DNA from: Campylobacterota bacterium
GTDB lineage: Bacteria; Campylobacterota; Campylobacteria; Campylobacterales; Sulfurimonadaceae
DNA: 24,010 nucleotides
Direction of reading: 5' to 3'
NCBI GenBank assembly: GCA_034717975.1
Contig: JAYEMF010000014.1
Span: 1-24,010 of the forward strand
The notes below the pieces were generated by a model. That model was not told where the DNA came from. It saw only the letters and a program-made list of their open reading frames with translations, and did no database searches. The translations under genes and the position numbers were made by a program. Of the stretch, positions 1 through 8,309 are shown one piece after another (positions within the stretch are counted from its first letter, which is position 1; each line of letters starts with the position of its first letter).

Positions 1-143
1 ATTTCTCATTCGAGATATCGTTAGAACCTTGCCACCGTAGCCCTGCTACGCTGACAAGAACCTGCCTTGCACCCAAGGGCAGGCTTCGCACATCACGAAA
101 ATGTATGTAACGCTGATGATATCCAGGATTTTTAGAGGTGCCC
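1..143. repeat. Structured intergenic repeat / MITE-like element, right part only (left end is outside the window), ending in TTTAGAGGTGCCC
   Basis: Non-coding, with hairpins CGTAGC(36-41)/GCTACG(45-50) and CCTGCCTTG(61-69)/CAAGGGCAGG(74-83). The terminal 13-mer 131-143 recurs exactly at 13762-13774 and as a 12-mer on the - strand at 2403-2414. Confidence 0.6.
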
Positions 144-149
144 ATACGC

Positions 150-2336
150 TTAAAGTACCTGCCTCTGTGCTGTTACAAGAGGCAGTCTGATCGTAAATAT
201 CGCTCCCCCGTTATCATTCTCAGCCTCAATCGTCCCAAGCAGCACCTCCTGGACGATGCGTTGGCTCATATGTAGTCCGATTCCTGTTCCTTTTCCCTGC
301 TCTTTGGTTGTAAAGTAGGGGTTAAACATCTTCTCCATCACCGAGTCCGGAATGCCACCGGCATTATCGGCTACCGTGATCTGATAGCCCTGTCCCTCTT
401 TAACAAGGCTGATCGTAATGGCCGCCTTCTCAACAGAGCTCTTCTCGAAAGCATCTCTGGAATTGGAGATCAGATTGATCAGAACATGAGCGAGCTCTTT
501 TATGTAGCCATGCATCACTATGTCACTGCCGTGATTGAAGAGCAGAGCGATCCCCCTGCTCTCAAGCTGAGCTTCCATCAACGACCTTATATCTTCCATG
601 ATCATCTCAAATTTAAAATCCTTCATCTCCTGCTCTGGCTTGAAAAAATTCATAAAGTCATTGATCGTCTTTGACATCTTCTGAGTATGCTGCTGTACAA
701 ATTTTGCGTGTGCCGCGATATCTTCCTTGACAAGCAGCTTAAGCTCCTGTTTCATCGCCACTGAGATCGCTGAAGCGCTGATGGCATTAAGCGGTTGGCG
801 CCACTGATGGGCGATCATGTTGAGCATCTCCCCCATCTGCACGCTTTTAGACTGGTTGTGAAGCATGCGGTCTTTTTCCCGGCTGTTCTCCACCTCCTCT
901 TTTATACGCTTTTCCAGGGTATTCTTATAGTGTATAAGTTCCGATATCTCATTGAAAGAGACAATGTATATGAGATCATCACCCTGTGTGATCTTGTTTA
1001 ACCTGACACTGAAAACGTACTCGTCTCCATACTTTTTCATGATGACCCTATGCACTCTGGCAGGATACCGATGTATATATTCGATCCAGTTCACTCCCTC
1101 CATCACCGATTGCAAATAACCCTCTTTTTCAACAAAATATTCGCAGACACACAGATGTTCCTCTTTAAAAGACGCTACATCCGGATAACCAAAGAAATCA
1201 AAAAAAGCCTGATTGGCATCGTAGATAGATTTGCCATTGAGGTTGGTAATAATAATGTTCGGTTCCCCGTCAAAGATCGCTTTTTGGTACTTTTGAGAAC
1301 GTTCAAGCTCTTTGTGAAGTTTTTTCTCCTCTTCTGACTTCAGCTTCAGTTGATCGTTGAGCATGGATAAAATATTTTGTTGTGTTATGAGGAGCGCTTC
1401 ATTCTCTTTTCGCAGGCTGATATCACGCCAGACGACATGAATAAGCTCTTTCTCCAGTATATTAATATTTGTCAACACCACTTCGGCCCAGAAATCGGTA
1501 CCGTCCAGGCGTCTATGTACCCATTCAAACCTATGTACCCCTTTTTCCTTACAGAGCGCTATCATCATTTCCGCTTTTTCATAAGAGCTTTTTCCGTCAG
1601 GCTGAAACTCCGGCGAAAGGTATCCGGGATGTCTGTTCAAGACTGAGGTGACAGCTTCTGTGGAGCTTCCCCCAAGCATCTTTACGGCAGATTCATTGGC
1701 ATCGATAAATATACCGTTCTCAATGATCAAAACAGCATCGGATGATTTTTGATAGAGTATCTCGAACGCCTCTTTTTGATGGGCGAGTTCTCTGGCTTGG
1801 CGCACTCTGAAAATTGCTCCTGCCATCGAGGATGCAAAGGTTTTCAACGCTTTTTGTTCAAGCTCTGCCCATTTACGTTCATGCCGGCAGTCATCAAATC
1901 CCATAAAGCCCCAGAAATGATCACCGATACGTATCGGAACACAGATCAGGGAAAGCGTATGTTTGGACTCCAGGAGTCTCCTCTCCGCTTCGGGAAAGTT
2001 ACACGCCATCCCTTCAATCACATCATCGTTTTCAAAACTCTCCAGCCAGCGCGGCAGCAGTGTTGCGTAGGGAACGTTTTGAAGTTCCGGGTTATCGACC
2101 TGGGCTTCTGCATGTCCGCTGTTGTACTCAAGGATCTGACTGGCAAAGAGTATCTCCTCTTGCAGAGAGTTCTCAAAGATATAGACACGATCAACATCCA
2201 TGACCTCAGCTATGCGCTTAAAACTGCGCAGCAGGGCATCGTCAAAATCGCTGCACTCAAGTATCTCCTCTTGTATCTGCATAATGGTTTCGAGTATATT
2301 TATATAATTCAAAACATCTACGTCATCTCTTCTCAT
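150..2336 (-). CDS. Cytoplasmic GAF-PAS-PAS sensor histidine kinase (728 aa; start moved from 2429 to ATG 2336)
   Basis: GAF (VDRVYIFE...SLICVPI...FWGFMGFDD), PAS (SPEFQPDG...FEWVH), H-box MIAHQWRQPL, N box NLISNSRDA, G1 DNAGGI, F/G2 FNPYFTTK...GTGIGL. GGAG RBS precedes ATG 2336. The longer start would overlap the upstream gene's stop. Confidence 0.92.
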   Translation of the reverse strand: MRRDDVDVLNYINILETIMQIQEEILECSDFDDALLRSFKRIAEVMDVDRVYIFENSLQEEILFASQILEYNSGHAEAQVDNPELQNVPYATLLPRWLESFENDDVIEGMACNFPEAERRLLESKHTLSLICVPIRIGDHFWGFMGFDDCRHERKWAELEQKALKTFASSMAGAIFRVRQARELAHQKEAFEILYQKSSDAVLIIENGIFIDANESAVKMLGGSSTEAVTSVLNRHPGYLSPEFQPDGKSSYEKAEMMIALCKEKGVHRFEWVHRRLDGTDFWAEVVLTNINILEKELIHVVWRDISLRKENEALLITQQNILSMLNDQLKLKSEEEKKLHKELERSQKYQKAIFDGEPNIIITNLNGKSIYDANQAFFDFFGYPDVASFKEEHLCVCEYFVEKEGYLQSVMEGVNWIEYIHRYPARVHRVIMKKYGDEYVFSVRLNKITQGDDLIYIVSFNEISELIHYKNTLEKRIKEEVENSREKDRMLHNQSKSVQMGEMLNMIAHQWRQPLNAISASAISVAMKQELKLLVKEDIAAHAKFVQQHTQKMSKTINDFMNFFKPEQEMKDFKFEMIMEDIRSLMEAQLESRGIALLFNHGSDIVMHGYIKELAHVLINLISNSRDAFEKSSVEKAAITISLVKEGQGYQITVADNAGGIPDSVMEKMFNPYFTTKEQGKGTGIGLHMSQRIVQEVLLGTIEAENDNGGAIFTIRLPLVTAQRQVL

Positions 2337-2409
2337 AGCGCTTTCTCCATAGGTAAAACAGCGGTTGGAAATCTTCTCAAGACTCCCATCGGCATGATTA
2401 AAGGCACCT

Positions 2410-4485
2410 CTAAACTCTATCACGTTCACCCTCCTGCTTCAGTGTTACCGTAAAGCGTGCACCGCCATCTCTGTTTTCAACGCTGATCGATCCTCCCAAT
2501 GCCTCCTCGACGATGCGGCGGCTCATAAAAAGACCGATACCGGTTCCGTTCCCCTGCTCTTTGGTCGTAAAGTAAGGGTCGAAGACCCTGTCGATAATCG
2601 CTTCGGGGATTCCGCCGGCCTGGTCCTGCACAGAGAGTTTAAACGTTTCGTTCTCGCTCTCCAGCCCTACGACGATCTGTTTTAATCTCTCCGGATGCTT
2701 ATCACCTGCATCATACGCATCCCTGGCGTTGGTGATCAGGTTGAGAAGGACATGAACAAGCTCGTTTTTATAGCATTCGATCTCTATGCTCTCCTTCTGA
2801 TCATACACAAGCTCGATACCCCGCGAGTGAAGCTGAGCACCCATCAATGAATTGACTTCATCCATCAGGCTTCTTATATCTATATGTTCTATCTTCTTTT
2901 CCGGTTTGAAAAAATTCATAAAATCATTGATGGTCTTGGACATCTTCTGTGTCTGCCCCTGAACAAAACGGCTCTGTTCGGTGATATCTTCCGGCTTGAG
3001 TACCCCGAGGTCCTGCTGCATGTTCAGCTTGATCGCCGAAGCGCTGATGGCATTGAGCGGCTGTCTCCACTGGTGCGCGATCATGCTGATCATCTCTCCC
3101 ATCTGGACAAGACGGCTCTGGCGCTGAAGAAGTTCTTCACTCTTTTTGAGATCTGTAATATCAGAGATATAACCGACATAGTTGACAATAGTACCACTGT
3201 CATCTCTTACTATAAGCGTATTATCAAGGACCCACTTGATGTCACCCTCTTTTGTAACCAGGCGGTAGGGCTGATGTTTAAAGTGGTCATACTCACTTTG
3301 ACCTGCTTCATTGACTTCAGAGCTGACACCCTCCAGATCATCTTTATAAATACACGAAGCATACGCTATTTTATCGTCGATAAAATCCTCTTTATCGTAC
3401 CCTAGAAGCCTGCTGACACTTGATGAAACATACTCAGTACTCCATCTCTCGTCATTGTTCCATTTAAACAGCACCGAGTCGCCTCTGTCGAAGAGTGAGA
3501 GCAGTTCATCCTGCTCTTTGGTCTTCGCTTTTACCCTCTGTTCCAGCGTCTCGTTCAGCTCCTGAAGTTCTCTCTCTTTATTTTTGATATCTGTCAACTC
3601 GATCATAATAGTCACTCTGGCTTTAGCGCCGTTATAGGTGATGGCAGAACCCGTTACATAGCCGGTAAACTCTGTGCCGTCTCCTCTTAATGCTGTAATC
3701 TCGTAGGGATCTGCTTTTTGCCTGGCAATGGATTCTCTGGCCAGCTGATAACATTCAGGTTTCACAAATTCCAGAATATGCCTGCCGATCATCTCATCTG
3801 CCGTTGCTTTATAAATCTCCTGGGCCACTTTATTGACTTTGATCGCCCTGTATTCACTGTCCCAGACAATAATGCCCTGAAGCCCCTCATCAAACAGAAC
3901 CTCAAAATTCTCAACCGTTTCAAGCAATCTTTGTTCGATCTTTTTTTTCTCATCGATATCTTTCAGGAGAACATGAAGCATAGCTCTGCCATCAAGGCTG
4001 ATTTTGGTCAAAATCACATCTACCCAGAACTCTTCTCCATCCATTGTCATATGCTTCCACTCAAGATTATAGGCCCCCTTCTTCAGCACCTCGGCTATAT
4101 GATTCTTAATGGCTTCATCGCTTCTGCTCCTGTCCGGCTGGAACTCCGGTGACAACTCGGATGGGTGCGTGTTTAAAATCTCCTCTTTTGACTGGGCTTT
4201 GAACATCGCTACAGCTTGATGGTTGCACTCTATAAACCGCCCCTTCTCTATATCAAATATCAATACGGCATTTGAAGAGTTCTCAAAAACCAGATCATAT
4301 AGCTCTTTTTGTTTTTCCAATAAGGCATGCAGCTTTTTTTGCTTGTAATAGGCAAACCAGACGATCAGCAGCGAAACAGTCAATAAGAAAGTAATTTGCC
4401 ACGCTAAGCTGTTATCTCTGTTTGCATCGACTTGATTTGCAAAGAGACTAACTGTAAAGAAAAGAGCTAACAATATAACCTTCAT
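2410..4485 (-). CDS. Membrane-anchored 3xPAS sensor histidine kinase (start ATG 4485, or GTG 4497)
   Basis: N-terminal signal-like segment plus a TM helix, three PAS domains, H-box MIAHQWRQPL, NLITNARDA, DQAGGI, FDPYFTTK, GTGIGL. Confidence 0.92.
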   Translation of the reverse strand: MKVILLALFFTVSLFANQVDANRDNSLAWQITFLLTVSLLIVWFAYYKQKKLHALLEKQKELYDLVFENSSNAVLIFDIEKGRFIECNHQAVAMFKAQSKEEILNTHPSELSPEFQPDRSRSDEAIKNHIAEVLKKGAYNLEWKHMTMDGEEFWVDVILTKISLDGRAMLHVLLKDIDEKKKIEQRLLETVENFEVLFDEGLQGIIVWDSEYRAIKVNKVAQEIYKATADEMIGRHILEFVKPECYQLARESIARQKADPYEITALRGDGTEFTGYVTGSAITYNGAKARVTIMIELTDIKNKERELQELNETLEQRVKAKTKEQDELLSLFDRGDSVLFKWNNDERWSTEYVSSSVSRLLGYDKEDFIDDKIAYASCIYKDDLEGVSSEVNEAGQSEYDHFKHQPYRLVTKEGDIKWVLDNTLIVRDDSGTIVNYVGYISDITDLKKSEELLQRQSRLVQMGEMISMIAHQWRQPLNAISASAIKLNMQQDLGVLKPEDITEQSRFVQGQTQKMSKTINDFMNFFKPEKKIEHIDIRSLMDEVNSLMGAQLHSRGIELVYDQKESIEIECYKNELVHVLLNLITNARDAYDAGDKHPERLKQIVVGLESENETFKLSVQDQAGGIPEAIIDRVFDPYFTTKEQGNGTGIGLFMSRRIVEEALGGSISVENRDGGARFTVTLKQEGERDRV

Positions 4486-4512
4486 CTGCACTGCCACCTA
4501 TAAATTTCTCCA

Positions 4513-4601
4513 ATTATAGTCGGGAAAAATGCAGAAAAAATGCAGAAAAAACAGAAGCAATATGCAGGTTCGATACGAAACTGCATAGGATTGGCTATAA
4601 T
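4513..4601. promoter_or_regulatory. Divergent sigma70-type promoters with intervening 11-bp-periodic direct repeats and an inverted repeat
   Basis: TATAAT at 4513-4518 (-) and 4596-4601 (+). ATGCAG at 4529, 4540 and 4562. Imperfect IR TATGCAGGTTCG/CGAAACTGCATA at 4561-4587. Confidence 0.6.
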
Positions 4602-4625
4602 TATTCTCAACAAAAAAGGGCGGGG

Positions 4626-5426
4626 ATGAACGATAAAACGCTGCATGAGATCACTAATGAACTGCATCAGGTCATCGGTTATGCCGGGTTGTTGCGCAAT
4701 GATCCTCAAAAATACGAAGCCTACAGCAATCTCATCGAACAGAGTGCCTACCGGATCGATGCCCTGGCAAGGGACCTCTGCCAGACAAAAACAGAAGCAG
4801 CTTCTCACACCCCTTCAAAACAGAAAACCGTTATGATCCGCAATGCCCTGCAGGGCAAACAGATCCTGCTTGTCGATGACCTTGTCGAAAACAGGGAGAT
4901 ACTTCAGCAGATCTTTTCAACACTCGAGTGTAATGTCGAGTCAGCGATGAGCGGTGCAGAAGCGTTAGACCTGTTTGAACGGTATAAACCCGATATAGTC
5001 TGCATGGATATCATCATGCCCGGTATGAAAGGGGATGAGGCCACACGCCTGCTCAAAGAAGCTGGCTGCAGCGCCAGGTTTATCGCAGTCAGTGCGCTCA
5101 AAGAGCACCCTGAAAAAGATCTCTCTATTTTTGATGCATGGCTGCCTAAACCGTTTACCATCGATCAGATACTCGATACCCTCGCTTCACTGGACCTCTG
5201 CACAGTGGAGCACCACGATATCGCTGCAAGTTCCGGGTCCGTCACACTGGATGATCTCTCCGAAGATGAAAAAGAGCAGATCATCAACAGCCTCCAAAAA
5301 GGGGCATTAAGTGAACTTGAAGCCATGACAGCCGAACTCCCCGAAAGCAAAAGTAAAACATGGCTTGATGAGCAGCTCTCCCATATGAGGTTTGAAACCA
5401 TCCGCAGCACCATTCTTTCTCCATAA
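4626..5426 (+). CDS. Response-regulator receiver protein with an N-terminal HisKA/DHp-like segment and a helical C-terminus; no HATPase domain
   Basis: LHEITNELHQVIGYAGLL resembles the H-box SHELRTPLNxIIGxxxLL. REC motifs ILLVDD, DIVCMDIIMPG, AVSA, KPF. No N/G1/G2 boxes. Confidence 0.85.
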   Translation: MNDKTLHEITNELHQVIGYAGLLRNDPQKYEAYSNLIEQSAYRIDALARDLCQTKTEAASHTPSKQKTVMIRNALQGKQILLVDDLVENREILQQIFSTLECNVESAMSGAEALDLFERYKPDIVCMDIIMPGMKGDEATRLLKEAGCSARFIAVSALKEHPEKDLSIFDAWLPKPFTIDQILDTLASLDLCTVEHHDIAASSGSVTLDDLSEDEKEQIINSLQKGALSELEAMTAELPESKSKTWLDEQLSHMRFETIRSTILSP

Positions 5427-5467
5427 AAGAGCGCTATCATGCCTTCAAGATTATCAAGGTAACTTTT

Positions 5468-6499
5468 ATGAAAACATATGATGGGCATCGATCAAAAGTG
5501 TTAATGGTCGATGACAAGGTCGAGAACCTGATTCTGCTCAAAACAATGCTTGAACCGATGAATCTGGAGTTTTATATTGCCCAAAACGGTGAAGAGGCAC
5601 TGGAGCGCATCAATGAAAACGATTTTGACCTGATCTTGCTGGACATTGTCATGCCCGGCATTGACGGCTATGCCGTCTGCCGCATTATCAAACAAAATAA
5701 GAAGAAACGCGACACGCCGGTACTCTTTCTTTCCGCACTTCACTCCCGTGAAGACAAGATCAAAGGCTTCGAAAGCGGAGCCGATGACTATCTGGTAAAA
5801 CCTCTCTATCAGCTTGAAGTAGTAGCACGGGTTCAGCTGCATCTGCAAAAACGCGCAGCATTAAAACGTCTGCAACAGCTTCTTCGCCGCTCTTATCATG
5901 AACTTTACAATCCCCTGGCCATCATTGAAACCTCGGCACAGATGTATGACGTCTACAATGCACCGAACAAGTATGTCGATGCCATGCATGCCGCTGCAAA
6001 GTCACTGCATGTTATTTATGAAGATCTCTATTACGCTTTATCGCCAGCACAGAGCGAAAAGGTCGCTCAAAAGGTAGATCTGACTCTCTTCGTGCATGAG
6101 CGCCTCTCTTTTTTCTCTCTTTTGGCAGATATCAGAGGAATCACCTTTCAACTTGATCTTCCCAAGAGCATGGTCGTCTTTATACCCGATGCCGATCTGC
6201 AGCGCATCGTCGACAACACCCTCTCCAACGCCATAAAATATGCCTTTGAAAAGAGTGAGATCACCATTACGCTTGCCTGCGATCAGGGTGTGGTACTGAA
6301 CATCTCCAACCAGGGAAGTGAGATCCGGGATCCGGAACAGATTTTCACCGAAGGGTATCGTGAAGCGTACGAACAAAGCGGTATGGGGATAGGGCTTGAG
6401 ATCGTTGCTTCCATCTGTCATCAGCATGAAATCCGGACTTCTGTAGTTTCTCGGAACAACACAACAACATTTACCTACATTTTTCCAGATGGAGCATAG
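5468..6499 (+). CDS. Hybrid REC-HisKA-HATPase histidine kinase without a sensor domain
   Basis: REC: VLMVDD, DLILLDIVMPG, KP. H-box SYHELYNPL, N box NTLSNAIKY, variant G1 NQGSEI, G2 SGMGIGL. AAGG RBS. Confidence 0.9.
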   Translation: MKTYDGHRSKVLMVDDKVENLILLKTMLEPMNLEFYIAQNGEEALERINENDFDLILLDIVMPGIDGYAVCRIIKQNKKKRDTPVLFLSALHSREDKIKGFESGADDYLVKPLYQLEVVARVQLHLQKRAALKRLQQLLRRSYHELYNPLAIIETSAQMYDVYNAPNKYVDAMHAAAKSLHVIYEDLYYALSPAQSEKVAQKVDLTLFVHERLSFFSLLADIRGITFQLDLPKSMVVFIPDADLQRIVDNTLSNAIKYAFEKSEITITLACDQGVVLNISNQGSEIRDPEQIFTEGYREAYEQSGMGIGLEIVASICHQHEIRTSVVSRNNTTTFTYIFPDGA

Positions 6500-6500
6500 A

Positions 6501-7145
6501 ATGAAAATCACCCTGCTTGACGATGAGTTTTCACTCAGGAACAATATAAAAGAGTTCCTGGAATTCCATCATTACGTGGTCGATGCCTACGCAGATGGCA
6601 CGACACTGCTCGAAGAGTGCCGTTTTGATGCAGACCTCTACATACTCGATATCAATGTCCCCGGAGCTGACGGCTTTGAGATCATCGAATGGATATCGCG
6701 CAATGCACCCGATACACCTGTGATTTTCATTACGGCTTTCACGGATATTGAGAGTATCTCCAAAGCCTATACCCTTGGATGCAGCGACTACCTGAAAAAA
6801 CCTTTCGATCTGACAGAGCTGCTGCTTCGGGTCGGCAGACTGCTGCAGAAGGAGAACGCTCATGCGGTGCAACTCTCCCCGGAATGCATTTTTGAGATGC
6901 AGACCAGAGAGCTTCAAAAGAACGGACACTTTATAAAGTTGTCAAAGACCCAAAGAAATATTTTGTATCTTCTTATAAAACATAAAAACAAGATCGTAAC
7001 CTACGATATGCTGATCGATCACGTATGGGAAGGGCATTTCATTAAACACAATACCATTGCATCCCATATCAGGGAGATCCGGCACATCACTCCTGAACTG
7101 CTCATTCAAAGTATCCGTTCAGAAGGGTATCTGCTAAAGCTGTAA
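6501..7145 (+). CDS. OmpR/PhoB-family DNA-binding response regulator (start ATG 6501)
   Basis: MKITLLDD, DLYILDINVPG, KPF; winged-helix end IQSIRSEGYLL. GGAG RBS at 6491-6494. Confidence 0.92.
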   Translation: MKITLLDDEFSLRNNIKEFLEFHHYVVDAYADGTTLLEECRFDADLYILDINVPGADGFEIIEWISRNAPDTPVIFITAFTDIESISKAYTLGCSDYLKKPFDLTELLLRVGRLLQKENAHAVQLSPECIFEMQTRELQKNGHFIKLSKTQRNILYLLIKHKNKIVTYDMLIDHVWEGHFIKHNTIASHIREIRHITPELLIQSIRSEGYLLKL

Positions 7146-7214
7146 TCCACCTCATACGGGGCAGAGAGCAGGTCCCTCTCTTACGGACTGCCGGTTCATC
7201 TCCGACCGGCGCCC

Positions 7215-7357
7215 CACGGTAGTTCAAGTTTAATATTCAGTTTAGTTTTTAACCCCGTCATTCCTGCGAAGGCAGGAATCTTAACCATAACAATTGTAGA
7301 TTCCTGCCTTCGCAGGAATGACGAAAGTAAAATATAACTTAAACTTGAACTACCGTG
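7215..7357. mobile_element. 143-bp non-autonomous MITE with 19-bp perfect TIRs and a 9-bp target-site duplication
   Basis: TIRs CACGGTAGTTCAAGTTTAA (7215-7233) and TTAAACTTGAACTACCGTG (7339-7357). Flanking direct repeat CCGGCGCCC at 7206-7214 and 7358-7366. Confidence 0.9.
7256..7323. repeat. REP-like inverted doublet (CGTCATTCCTGCGAAGGCAGGAATCT), copy 1, inside the MITE
   Basis: Perfect 26-bp inverted repeat, 7256-7281 / 7298-7323. Each arm is itself a hairpin. Confidence 0.9.
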
Positions 7358-7397
7358 CCGGCGCCCTCCTTTTAACCATTAAGTCAACTCCGTCCGC

Positions 7398-7403
7398 TAT
7401 AAT
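7398..7403 (+). promoter_or_regulatory. Putative -10 box for the flgA-ubiX-coaD-tmk-hisS operon
   Basis: gcTATAAT about 35 nt upstream of TTG 7437. AAGAGG RBS at 7421-7426. Confidence 0.45.
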
Positions 7404-7436
7404 ACATCCTTTATAATCCAAAGAGGTTTCTCAAAA

Positions 7437-8309
7437 TTGTTTTTTCGTACAGCTCTCTTGCTTTTGGCTTTACTGTTTAGTGTTGCACATGCCTATACAC
7501 TGCACTCCACCTACAAATTTACCGACCATGCCATTACCAGCAAGAGCCTTTTTCCTGAAATCGAAAAAGATTTTCCACTCTTGACCATCCCCGCGAACAA
7601 GACCAGGTACAGAGTCACCGCCGCTACCCTGATAAACAGTTTTAACCGGCATGGTATCCAGATCGACACCGCTTCGATGCGCTCTGTCATTTTCATCAAG
7701 AAAAGCCCCATTGACCTGACTGCCCTGGAGGAGAAGGTTCATAACTTTTATGTTGGACACTATCCGTCGATCACTATCCATAAGATCACCATTACACCCC
7801 GTATCTATACTGATGCTCTTCCGGAGCGTTACGAAGCGGAATTCGGCAACAAAAGTGCCCGGCACAGCAAAGGGACATTCTATATCCGTACAGAGGGGAA
7901 GAGAAAGCTTTTTTTTGATTACACCATCGATGCCACTGTCGGGATCGTTCACGCCAAGTATGATCTAAAACGTAAAGCGGAACTCACCTCTTTCAACACT
8001 GTGACACTCAATGTAAAACTTGGCGCTATACGGGGCAAGCCGCTTACACAGATGCAGCCCCATCAGTACCGCCTGAAACAGAATATAAAAGCCAATGCAG
8101 CATTAAGCAGACGGGATGTCGAATCTTCACCCATGGTCAAACGGGGAAAACAGCTGCTCGTTTCCATCAAAAGCGGTGCCGTTTTAATCGAATTTGCCGC
8201 AGTCGCACTCGAAGATGGTGCGCTCTATGATATTATTGCAATACGAAAAGCGGACGGTCAGCGTATCAAAGCGAAAGTGACAGGAGTGAACCAGGTGGAG
8301 ATCCAATGA
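7437..8309 (+). CDS. flgA: Flagellar basal-body P-ring formation chaperone FlgA
   Basis: Signal peptide; C-terminal SAF/FlgA pattern (PMVKRG...ALEDG..YDIIAIR...IKAKVTG). Sits upstream of ubiX-coaD as in Campylobacterota. Confidence 0.8.
   Translation: MFFRTALLLLALLFSVAHAYTLHSTYKFTDHAITSKSLFPEIEKDFPLLTIPANKTRYRVTAATLINSFNRHGIQIDTASMRSVIFIKKSPIDLTALEEKVHNFYVGHYPSITIHKITITPRIYTDALPERYEAEFGNKSARHSKGTFYIRTEGKRKLFFDYTIDATVGIVHAKYDLKRKAELTSFNTVTLNVKLGAIRGKPLTQMQPHQYRLKQNIKANAALSRRDVESSPMVKRGKQLLVSIKSGAVLIEFAAVALEDGALYDIIAIRKADGQRIKAKVTGVNQVEIQ

Noticed and set aside
2337..2429. N-terminal extension of the GAF kinase given by the ORF track (likewise 6489 and 8815 starts)
   Set aside because: These overlap upstream genes. 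Downstream ATGs at 2336, 6501 and 8824 have better RBS or coupling and match domain starts.
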